From a virus (Duplodnaviria > Caudoviricetes): a stretch of 60,037 nt of DNA. This document shows positions 1 through 7,267 of this stretch, one piece after another. Every line of letters begins with the position of its first letter. Within the stretch, counting starts at the first letter, position 1. The notes below the pieces were generated by a model, which was not told the origin of the DNA, searched no databases, and worked only from the letters and a program-made list of their open reading frames with translations. Both the position numbers and the translations under genes were made by a program. The stretch covers positions 1 to 60,037 of the IMG/VR virus record IMGVR_UViG_3300025652_000072. The stretch is one strand, 5' to 3'.

Positions 1-126
1 TGGGTCACTGTTTGGGCCACCAAGCAGGTTGTCATGGTGGTTGTCAGTGTATGGTGCTAACCCTGCGTCAGTAATAAACTTATCAAAAAGTGGTTGTTGT
101 GTCATTTGTAAACCCTTTCTCGGTTT
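1..126. repeat. Terminal direct repeat, left copy (identical to 59906-60031); probable circular-assembly overlap
   Basis: Exact 126-nt match read by eye; it duplicates part of ORF 59654..60010. Confidence 0.95.
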
Positions 127-176
127 AATTGGTACTACATAAATGGTAGCCCAAGCCGTAGTCAAGGGCTACCATT
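106..176 (-). promoter_or_regulatory. Early-gene leader cassette: inverted repeat, -10-like TACCAT, ACCGAGAAAGGGTT RBS
   Basis: IR aatggtagccc (142-152) / gggctaccatt (166-176); same leader layout at 609-674 and 58617-58662. Confidence 0.6.
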
Positions 177-197
177 ATTACCTCTTTTGTGTTCGGG

Positions 198-608
198 TTA
201 TTGGGGCAACGGTACGACAAACATTTCTTGTCCTTCTTGGCTTGGTGTTTCGTGTAGCACTAATCTACACATTTTCTGCCCTAGCCCTGCATGATAAGTG
301 ATTACTTTATTAGTCACATTATGGTGCATCAAAGCCCCTGTAAGTTTCACCTTGTTGCGTGGGGTAGTTTCAACCCAGTCGTGCAGTTTTGGGCAGTCGT
401 TGGTTTCAGGGTCGTACAAGGCAAAAATCACATCGCCATGCCCTGAGCATAAATCAAGTAATTGTCTTTTAATAAACGTTTTTGTATCGGGGTCATTGCA
501 TGAAGCACGATTGGCAATTTGGGTAAGGCTTTTGAACTCCCACCCATATGTGGCTACTTGAAACGTAGAGGGGGGCAGGTTGCAGAAGTGAAAAAACTTG
601 TGTGTCAT
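198..608 (-). CDS. Hypothetical early protein (136 aa)
   Basis: ORF preceded by the conserved AACCGAGAAAGGGTT leader. Confidence 0.75.
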   Translation of the reverse strand: MTHKFFHFCNLPPSTFQVATYGWEFKSLTQIANRASCNDPDTKTFIKRQLLDLCSGHGDVIFALYDPETNDCPKLHDWVETTPRNKVKLTGALMHHNVTNKVITYHAGLGQKMCRLVLHETPSQEGQEMFVVPLPQ

Positions 609-674
609 GGTAAACCCTTTCTCGGTTTAGTTAGTACTATATAAATAATAGCCCCTAACAATGTCAGGGGCTAT
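609..674 (-). promoter_or_regulatory. Early-gene leader cassette: inverted repeat, TATTAT, ACCGAGAAAGGGTT
   Basis: IR atagcccct (648-656) / aggggctat (666-674); 18-nt spacing from -10-like hexamer to ACCGAG, as in the other copies. Confidence 0.6.
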
Positions 675-686
675 ATTTAATTAGTC

Positions 687-1193
687 TTACTTGTTCACAA
701 TTAATTTAACGTATGGCGTCCCCCAATACTTACTGCTAGGAGAGTAACCGCCATTTAACAGGGCGAGCAGAACGTTGGGTTTTTTGCGTGAATGCCCGAG
801 CTTAGCACATTGGTTAAGGATAAACCCTAACCGTTTGTCACCATTTATGCCTGTTAAAAACGAAGATTGAATGAAGTGCCGTACACCTCCTTTTTTACCA
901 CCCCATCCAAAGGGTACATCTTCAGGGCTTGGTACAAGGCATTGTATTTCAACGTTGTTTTCGTTGCCACCTGCTTCGGTTCTCACAAAATTGGTAATAT
1001 CATCGTAAGTAAGTTCTTCGCCGTTAAGTAATAACTCAGCAGGAAAGCCAGAAAGTTTGATCTTAGTTGGTTTTTTCTTGGCAACGGCTTTTACTATTTT
1101 TTTAGAGGATGCCTTAGTAGTTTTAGCGGCATCTTTTTTCAAGAAATCTAAAGTTTCCTTATTAATTTGTACTACTTTTGTCATAATATCCAC
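687..1193 (-). CDS. Hypothetical basic protein, paralog of 56546..57037 (likely true start ATG 1184)
   Basis: Shared blocks AGGNxNNV, GVR, LLALLNGG(Y/F)SxSxxxWGxPxVxLxV; AGAAAGG RBS upstream of ATG 1184. Confidence 0.8.
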   Translation of the reverse strand: MDIMTKVVQINKETLDFLKKDAAKTTKASSKKIVKAVAKKKPTKIKLSGFPAELLLNGEELTYDDITNFVRTEAGGNENNVEIQCLVPSPEDVPFGWGGKKGGVRHFIQSSFLTGINGDKRLGFILNQCAKLGHSRKKPNVLLALLNGGYSPSSKYWGTPYVKLIVNK

Positions 1194-1244
1194 CTTTCTA
1201 TGTGGGTTACAATTAAGTTATAGGTACAGTATATAAGTTGACTT

Positions 1245-1565
1245 TTAAGTACGCAACCCTTGTTTTATCCTAATTGTTCGCGCTTCTTGAATATCCTTTA
1301 ACAGTTTAGTCAACACCGCACCTTTCTTGTACTTCTTTCTTGCGAGTCTTTTTAATGCTTCGCGTGTTGTGTAGTTTGGAGGTAACCCATTATGAATCCA
1401 GTTATTTACAGTGACAGGACTTACCTTTGGTATTTCAATTAAATCGGCTACTGCTTTCACACCACCGAGTCTCCTGACGATTGAAAGTGCCATTGGTTGT
1501 CCAATTTCAACTGCTTTTTCTCCGTTCCTTATTAGTTCTTCTTTTAATTCTTTTGTGGTTAACAT
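1245..1565 (-). CDS. Cro/YdaS-like helix-turn-helix DNA-binding protein
   Basis: LGGVKAVADLIEIPKVSPVTVNNW resembles a Cro-type HTH. Confidence 0.55.
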   Translation of the reverse strand: MLTTKELKEELIRNGEKAVEIGQPMALSIVRRLGGVKAVADLIEIPKVSPVTVNNWIHNGLPPNYTTREALKRLARKKYKKGAVLTKLLKDIQEARTIRIKQGLRT

Positions 1566-1591
1566 CTACGCGCTCTCTCTCGTCGTAATCT
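1562..1591. repeat. 30-bp motif acatctacgcgctctctctcgtcgtaatct, 28/30 identical to 57251-57280
   Basis: Direct comparison; core cgtcgtaatct also occurs three times in 57549-57645. Confidence 0.9.
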
Positions 1592-1594
1592 CAT

Positions 1595-1635
1595 AAAAAA
1601 GCCCCCGACAAGGGAAAAGGAAAACTTGTCGGGGG
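1595..1635 (-). terminator. Rho-independent terminator
   Basis: Stem cccccgacaag (1602-1612) / cttgtcggggg (1625-1635) followed by a T-run on the minus strand. Confidence 0.7.
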
Positions 1636-1685
1636 AGTTCCAGGGAGTGGTAGACTAAGGATGAGGTTAGCCTTACCACACATTA

Positions 1686-1874
1686 TCATTGATAAATAAC
1701 CATGCCAAGCACAATGATACTAAAAATCAAAATGCAACAAACAGTGAACTGCCAAAAATATGAAAGTTCTGTGAATTGATCTTTTAAATGTATAAACATA
1801 TTTTTTATCGTTTTCATATCAGGGGGATGCTCCTTTACTTTAAATTTAATGAGGTAAACCCATAACATCCCCAT
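1686..1874 (-). CDS. Small membrane protein
   Basis: Hydrophobic C-terminal segment; abuts the upstream gene; start uncertain. Confidence 0.45.
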   Translation of the reverse strand: MGMLWVYLIKFKVKEHPPDMKTIKNMFIHLKDQFTELSYFWQFTVCCILIFSIIVLGMVIYQ

Positions 1875-1877
1875 ACA

Positions 1878-2123
1878 TTACCGTTTTTTCTGCAATGTCG
1901 CAATGAACTGTTGTTTTTGATTAATCATTTTATCTAACCTGTCCCTTGCCTGTGGGACATGTAAACAGATAGTAGCTAGAGCAAAAGATAAAACACCTAG
2001 TTTGTGACTTTCAGTATACTCTACAGGCTGACCTAGGTTTTGTCTCTTTTCTAAATCATGTTCAGTTTCGGCTAAGTGTAAAAGATCATTTACACTTGCC
2101 CTGACGTTTGCGTAGTTTACCAT
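1878..2123 (-). CDS. Hypothetical protein
   Basis: Packed minus-strand ORF overlapping its neighbour. Confidence 0.65.
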   Translation of the reverse strand: MVNYANVRASVNDLLHLAETEHDLEKRQNLGQPVEYTESHKLGVLSFALATICLHVPQARDRLDKMINQKQQFIATLQKKR

Positions 2124-2422
2124 GGATTGTAACCCCTTAACCTTTCCTCAAGTTCTTTTACACGCTTTTCCAGTTTTAATATGAGTCGCGTATTAAACTG
2201 TATATGTTGCGCTTGGGCCTCTACAAATTCCTTTATGTTAAAGTCGTTAAGGCTAGTGTCAGCAGGTACAGTGCTGGAATTATACTTGTTATCACTAAGT
2301 AAGTTACCATTTCTTTCCTCCAATTCTTTTTTGTTTTCCGCTACTTGTTCTTTAAAAACGGCATGAGCTTTTGTTACTCTTAGCTCTTCTTTTTTACGTT
2401 TCATCCACTCCTCGGTCTGCAT
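2117..2422 (-). CDS. Hypothetical coiled-coil protein
   Basis: Packed ORF, AGAAAGG RBS. Confidence 0.65.
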   Translation of the reverse strand: MQTEEWMKRKKEELRVTKAHAVFKEQVAENKKELEERNGNLLSDNKYNSSTVPADTSLNDFNIKEFVEAQAQHIQFNTRLILKLEKRVKELEERLRGYNPW

Positions 2423-2426
2423 ACAC

Positions 2427-2840
2427 TTACCTTTCTACATAAAAAATGTGTTTGTTGATTTTAACGGTTGGCTTCATTTTTGTAGCCCATTGTGGGTAGA
2501 CATATACAGCATGATAGAACAATGCTCCTTTGCTGTAATCTGGTTTACCCATTACGAGTTCTCTCGCAAGAAATACTGCTTTCCTAAACGACGCATCGTT
2601 TTTAGGTTCATCACTTTTGCCATCACAGTAAAAGCTAAACTGACATTTGTGTTTTACTGGATAGGCTTGGTTCCATTTGTGTGTAGGCCCCTGAGTAATA
2701 ACACTACACACATCGTTAGGGAACCGTGGATCTTTGGCCCTGTTGAGTATAACATTGCCAACGGCTATCTGCCCATCTACAGGTTCGCCCCTTGCTTCAA
2801 AATAAATAGCTATTGCTAGACAAGTAATTGTTTCTAACAT
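2427..2840 (-). CDS. SleB-like cell wall hydrolase (Hydrolase_2 family)
   Basis: CLAIAIYFEARGE, GQIAVGNVILNR, FPNDVCSV, CQFSFYCDG, HIFY motifs. Confidence 0.9.
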   Translation of the reverse strand: MLETITCLAIAIYFEARGEPVDGQIAVGNVILNRAKDPRFPNDVCSVITQGPTHKWNQAYPVKHKCQFSFYCDGKSDEPKNDASFRKAVFLARELVMGKPDYSKGALFYHAVYVYPQWATKMKPTVKINKHIFYVER

Positions 2841-2842
2841 TA

Positions 2843-2998
2843 CTACTTCTCCTCTTTACGCCTCCACTGGTTACCCTGCTTTTCCCACGCGTGAGGTCTA
2901 AGCAATGCTTCAAAGGGTATACCTTCCTCTGTACCCATATCATCAAGGAGCGTGTCATAAATATCACGCTCGAGTGTTTTACTATCTTTTTTTACCAT
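2843..2998 (-). CDS. Small hypothetical protein, 51 aa (MVKKDSKTLERD...); not in the ORF track
   Basis: Manual translation; GGAG RBS; fills the gap between neighbours. Confidence 0.55.
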   Translation of the reverse strand: MVKKDSKTLERDIYDTLLDDMGTEEGIPFEALLRPHAWEKQGNQWRRKEEK

Positions 2999-3219
2999 GC
3001 TCCGTCTCCGTTAAATATGCCGTACTTTTCAACATCATCATCGGTAGGCACATCAGTTTCTCTGCGGGTTAGCTCTTCAGCATAATCTTTAGCAATGCGT
3101 TCATTCATTTCTGCTTTGTTATGCCCTAATGCGCTGAAATATGTTCTGCGAGCATTGCAATAGCACTGGAACAACTTGGCGTTGTCGTGGTGCTTGTATT
3201 CTCTGGGAATAATAATCAT
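2992..3219 (-). CDS. Hypothetical protein
   Basis: AGAAAGAGG RBS and upstream promoter-like sequence. Confidence 0.7.
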   Translation of the reverse strand: MIIIPREYKHHDNAKLFQCYCNARRTYFSALGHNKAEMNERIAKDYAEELTRRETDVPTDDDVEKYGIFNGDGAW

Positions 3220-3255
3220 GTGAAATACCTCTTTCTACAGGTTATGTTGTTACTA

Positions 3256-3288
3256 ATTATATTGTACATATAAAAAAGTCAATGTTAA
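3256..3288 (-). promoter_or_regulatory. Sigma70-like promoter
   Basis: Minus strand TTGACT-15nt-TATAAT, or TTAACA-16nt-TACAAT. Confidence 0.45.
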
Positions 3289-3302
3289 GTAAAAAGTATT
3301 CG

Positions 3303-3482
3303 CTACTTATCGCGATCTTTATCACGCATTGTATTGAAAAGAGTAAACAATGTTTCAACTTTTTTAGTGAGATGTTCTACATCTATTTTAGTTTTGATGA
3401 TCGCATAAACAATACCAGAAAGAATCGCAAAAATTGCGATCCCAGTATTAATTAAATCAAATACATCAAACTCACTGCCCAT
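3303..3482 (-). CDS. Small membrane-anchored protein, 59 aa (MGSEFDVFDLINTGIAIFAILSGIVYAII...); not in the ORF track
   Basis: Manual translation; one TM helix plus charged tail; overlaps the upstream stop. Confidence 0.55.
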   Translation of the reverse strand: MGSEFDVFDLINTGIAIFAILSGIVYAIIKTKIDVEHLTKKVETLFTLFNTMRDKDRDK

Positions 3483-3762
3483 CAGGAATAATCCAATGTG
3501 TTGACGTTAAGTACCCACAACTAGAGCATCCTACTGTACGTTTATCATCGTTTACTAGAAAAAACTTATTGCTTTCACATAGAGAGCATACGAGCACATC
3601 TACCTCTGTTTCTAAAAACGTACCTTTTTCTTGCTTTTTTTGTTTAAACGTAGCTTCTGCATATTTTTCTGCGTCACTAATGGTTTGTTTTGACGTAAAT
3701 GGTATGACATTGTTACCTACAGTGTCATGAACGGTGGGGTTTCCCTTTTTTTCCATGAACAT
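3472..3762 (-). CDS. Zn-ribbon protein
   Basis: CSLC...CSSC. Confidence 0.6.
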   Translation of the reverse strand: MFMEKKGNPTVHDTVGNNVIPFTSKQTISDAEKYAEATFKQKKQEKGTFLETEVDVLVCSLCESNKFFLVNDDKRTVGCSSCGYLTSTHWIIPDGQ

Positions 3763-4181
3763 ATCCTTGCTTTTTCGTTTATGTAATAATCGTGATAAGC
3801 CTGTATAGGATCACTACATTTGTACTCATCTGGCATCGCTTGCGGATGTTTTGTTACGCCCCTTGCTTTCAGCAATATAGGGGGACACCGTAAAATGGCA
3901 AGAACTGTTTCGCAAGCATGGACTTTTTCATACCTGTAAGTATACTCCTTGCACAACGCAATGCCTAACCTCCATAGCCAAATGTAGTTTTCTACTGTTT
4001 GTCCTGCCCATAACGTACATGGGTGTTTTGGATGTACAGGCAGGTAAGGCCCTTCGTTTTCATAACGCCAATGCACAGTAGATAACATTTGTGTGGTTTC
4101 TAGTGGCATCTTTACAACGTGCTTGTCACAATGGTACTTAGCACATTGGGTAACGTTATAATCCAGTAAAAAAATATTAAT
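3717..4181 (-). CDS. Pyrimidine-dimer DNA glycosylase-like protein (endonuclease V / Pyr_excise family); probable ATT start
   Basis: NIFLLD, CDKHVVKMPLETTQML, HPKHPCTLW, QAMPDEYK, AYHDYY motifs. Confidence 0.8.
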   Translation of the reverse strand: MNIFLLDYNVTQCAKYHCDKHVVKMPLETTQMLSTVHWRYENEGPYLPVHPKHPCTLWAGQTVENYIWLWRLGIALCKEYTYRYEKVHACETVLAILRCPPILLKARGVTKHPQAMPDEYKCSDPIQAYHDYYINEKARICSWKKRETPPFMTL

Positions 4182-4182
4182 G

Positions 4183-4347
4183 TTACGGCCTTTCGTCAAG
4201 ATGTTCGTGTTCGTTTACTAAATACGCAATAACTTGAGTAAAACTAGGTTTAAACCCAAAGCTAACTTCAAGGTGTTGTTGTAGACGTTGTAACTGTTCA
4301 TACAGTTCAAAACTAACGCCCACGTTTTTGTTTCTTGGCTTTGCCAT
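4183..4347 (-). CDS. Small putative ribbon-helix-helix-like DNA-binding protein, 54 aa; not in the ORF track
   Basis: Manual translation MAKPRNKNVGVSFELYEQLQRLQQHLEVSFGFKPSFTQVIAYLVNEHEHLDERP; AGAAAGGA RBS. Confidence 0.6.
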   Translation of the reverse strand: MAKPRNKNVGVSFELYEQLQRLQQHLEVSFGFKPSFTQVIAYLVNEHEHLDERP

Positions 4348-4415
4348 AGTAAATCCTTTCTAGGTTGTATTGTTTACTATGGTAAATATACCCTACAAAA
4401 CATAAAGGACCATGT

Positions 4416-4961
4416 TTATTTACTCAAATTATGTAAGCGTATTATCATTTTTAATGCTCTGCTTACTTGTTTCTCGTGAGGGTACTTTTCCTTTAAATAC
4501 CGTATACCTCTATTCATTACATCTTCAGCAGATTTGTTGCCCTGAGTAATCAATTCATAACAATGTAGCACGAGTTCTAATTTATCTGCGGCATCACATG
4601 CTTTTGCCTCTTCTACTGTGATCGGTATAAACAGTTCACCAATACCGATAGAACTTTCAAAATCATTTTCTATACGTTTAAGTAGAGAGTGTACTTCTGA
4701 GTAATTCCATTTAGTTGTAGCAGGTAGATCACCTACCGCTATTTCAGCTACATCATGATACATCATATGTAACAGGCAGTTTTTACTAGCTTCAGGCCAA
4801 AGGGTATGGAGTATCACCATTGCTCGCCAAGTATGAGCAGCTACGTTTTGTCCATTAGTTAACTCTGGTCTTGTATGGTATCGGGTTACATGCCCACCTC
4901 TAATTTTTGCATACAGGTGTTTCAGGTTGGCGTTTTTGTGTGTTTTTCTTCTTTTTTCCAT
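4416..4961 (-). CDS. HD-domain (YfbR-like) deoxynucleotide phosphohydrolase
   Basis: VTRYH, NVAAH, HDVAE..GDLP, DAADKLE; GGAG RBS before ATG 4961. Confidence 0.85.
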   Translation of the reverse strand: MEKRRKTHKNANLKHLYAKIRGGHVTRYHTRPELTNGQNVAAHTWRAMVILHTLWPEASKNCLLHMMYHDVAEIAVGDLPATTKWNYSEVHSLLKRIENDFESSIGIGELFIPITVEEAKACDAADKLELVLHCYELITQGNKSAEDVMNRGIRYLKEKYPHEKQVSRALKMIIRLHNLSK

Positions 4962-6832
4962 AAATTCTCCGTTAAGGGTTGTTTTGCTTCCCCCCAATTA
5001 GGCCCAAACTCTGCATCAACTACGGAGGGAACTTCTAGCTTGACGCAGGTTTCCATTATCTCCGTAATTTTCTTAGCTTGGTCTTCACTTTCTACGGAGA
5101 CGTCTAGTTCATCATGTACTTGTATCATAGGCAACATGCCCTCTTCTGCCAAAGCTACCATCGCGGCTTTAGTTTGATCTGCGGCACTGCCCTGAATTAA
5201 CTTGTTTAATGCTTTGTATGTAAACGCCCTACGAATCGCAGGGCCATGTTCATTATATGCTTCTTGGTAGTTCATTGGTTTCCAACTGCCATACTTAGTT
5301 GGTTCCCATTTATCAAAACGGCACCGTCTGCCTAATACAGTACGGATAACACCTTTACTACTTGCACGATTAACAGCATAATTACTGAGTTCTCGTACAA
5401 ACGGTACTGAGCTATGGTACATAGCAAACAGCTCATTAGCATCGTCTATTTCTAAACCTAATGTTGCCGCCAGTTTTTTAGACCCCATACCATAGAATAA
5501 TCCTAGGTTTATGTCTTTAGCCTGTTTGCGTGGAACGCCCACAATGTCAGCCGCCATTTGGTGAAAGTCTGTGCGTGGGTCTTCATTGTACTGTTCAGCA
5601 AACGTATCAGCCCCTTTAAAGCCCATTAGCTTACTGTAATGAACAACTATGCGTGGTTCTTGGCTAGAGTAATCAAATGCCCCCCACAAGGCCCCTTCTT
5701 CGGGTAAAAACAGGCTTCGTATTAACGGCCCTATTTCAGGGTGACGAGCAGGTATTTGTTGCAGGTTCGGGTTACTATAACTGAATCGGCCTGTAACTGT
5801 ACCACCATCATCACTGCGTAGTGGGTGGAGCTCTGCATGTATCCTACCGTTTTGTTGGTGCTTTAAAATAGTTTCAATAAAAGTACCTCTTGCCTTTTGG
5901 TACTCTCTAGCTTCTACTATCATTTGTGGTACTTTGTGGGGGTGGTTAGTAAGGAACCCTTTAGTAAATGATGGAGCACTTGTCTTTTCGGTTTTATTAT
6001 AAGTAAGGTCTAACGCATCAAATGCTTTAGCTACACTTTCTGCGGCCCATATCTCTACGTCAACCCCTGTTTGCTTTTTTACTTCGGCAAGTAATTCTTG
6101 TTCTCTTTTAAGTAAATCGTTTTGTATTACTTCAGCTCTATTTAAATCTACCCTTACACCTCTTTGCCTCATAGGTATTATTGTTTTGAGAACTTTTAAC
6201 TCTAGTTCTACAATATCTTGTATATCCTCTTTTACTATTAACGATTTGAAAAATGTCCATAGTTTTAATGTCAAAGCGGCATCTTGTTCTGCATATGCCC
6301 CTACATAGGTTGCAGGGAGTTTATACATTTCGCTTTTAGCATTGATACCAAACGCATCAGCGGCCTCGCGTAGCTCTTTCTCTGACTTACGCTCTTGCAG
6401 GTAATCACGACCAATAGCATTTAACGCATAGCTAAATCTGTTTTCATCTAACAGGGGCGCAATAACCATTGTGTCAATGATTCGCCCTGAAACAGGCACA
6501 CCTTCTGCGAGCAACCACCCAACATCATAAGGAGCATTATGGAAAATATAATTCCTGTTAACCGAACATACATCTCGCAACCAATTCATTGTCATTTTAG
6601 GGTCTAAGTTAGAACCTATCTCGTGCCGTATGGGAAAGTACCATTGGTCACCCTGTACAGCAACGGCGATACCAATTATATGCCCATCTTTTCTAGGCCA
6701 ACCCGAACCCATTGTTGTAAGGTTTGGGTCTCTTGTTTCTAAATCTATAGCAACTTCTTTTGCTTCACTTAAATCAGGGTAACCATCCGGCACAACCCAT
6801 TCTACAGGTGGTTTAAACAGAGGATACTGCAT
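4922..6832 (-). CDS. polA: DNA polymerase family A with 3'-5' exonuclease
   Basis: DLET, HNAPYD, TGRFS..PNLQQIP, DYSSQEPR, RKQAKDINLGLFYG, IQGSAAD, VHDEL. Confidence 0.97.
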   Translation of the reverse strand: MQYPLFKPPVEWVVPDGYPDLSEAKEVAIDLETRDPNLTTMGSGWPRKDGHIIGIAVAVQGDQWYFPIRHEIGSNLDPKMTMNWLRDVCSVNRNYIFHNAPYDVGWLLAEGVPVSGRIIDTMVIAPLLDENRFSYALNAIGRDYLQERKSEKELREAADAFGINAKSEMYKLPATYVGAYAEQDAALTLKLWTFFKSLIVKEDIQDIVELELKVLKTIIPMRQRGVRVDLNRAEVIQNDLLKREQELLAEVKKQTGVDVEIWAAESVAKAFDALDLTYNKTEKTSAPSFTKGFLTNHPHKVPQMIVEAREYQKARGTFIETILKHQQNGRIHAELHPLRSDDGGTVTGRFSYSNPNLQQIPARHPEIGPLIRSLFLPEEGALWGAFDYSSQEPRIVVHYSKLMGFKGADTFAEQYNEDPRTDFHQMAADIVGVPRKQAKDINLGLFYGMGSKKLAATLGLEIDDANELFAMYHSSVPFVRELSNYAVNRASSKGVIRTVLGRRCRFDKWEPTKYGSWKPMNYQEAYNEHGPAIRRAFTYKALNKLIQGSAADQTKAAMVALAEEGMLPMIQVHDELDVSVESEDQAKKITEIMETCVKLEVPSVVDAEFGPNWGEAKQPLTENLWKKEEKHTKTPT

Positions 6833-6974
6833 TACTTTTCACTTTCATAGATAGTTTACATTTACAGCGAGGCCATTTGTTTTTTAAATTACGGAAAGTA
6901 ATTACTTTTTTATACTTTCCACATTCACAAACAGCTTCTACCTCTTTGTCCATGGGGTCGGGGTTATTTATCAT
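6813..6974 (-). CDS. Small Cys-rich (CEC...CKC) protein, ~53 aa; not in the ORF track
   Basis: Manual translation; bridges the gap between 6964..7266 and polA with short overlaps. Confidence 0.45.
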   Translation of the reverse strand: MINNPDPMDKEVEAVCECGKYKKVITFRNLKNKWPRCKCKLSMKVKSNAVSSV

Positions 6975-7266
6975 GCCCTAACATTTCTGCTTCCACTAAT
7001 AATAAGTACCTTCTTAAATCGCGTATGTCGTCTAAAATACCTTCTTCCCTTGGGTCTTTACGAATAGTTTCAAATATATCATAGTTTTCTTTTTTAGCTT
7101 GGTTTTCTATTCTATCCCATTTGCGGGCTAACATCATAAAAGCACCAGTGCCTCCACGTTGTTTCCAACTATTGCCATAACTTTGTTCTGCCACATGCAA
7201 GCCTTCTACATCGGCATGTGCTAAATCGTTTACCTTTGTAAGAATATTACTTAACTCACGTTTCAC
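6964..7266 (-). CDS. Nucleotide-modification-associated MazG-like protein (DUF1599/Nmad1-like)
   Basis: SYGNSWKQRG..G.FMMLARKWDRI...DDIRDLRRYLLL; located within a modification cluster. Confidence 0.7.
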   Translation of the reverse strand: MKRELSNILTKVNDLAHADVEGLHVAEQSYGNSWKQRGGTGAFMMLARKWDRIENQAKKENYDIFETIRKDPREEGILDDIRDLRRYLLLVEAEMLGHDK

Positions 7267-7267
7267 T

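Noticed and set aside
1-126. Biological direct terminal repeat
   Set aside because: It cuts through a gene and its length fits an assembler overlap.
4416-4997. HD protein as DatZ of a 2-aminoadenine (Z) genome
   Set aside because: No PurZ/adenylosuccinate-synthetase homolog is present, and the neighbours point to hmU.
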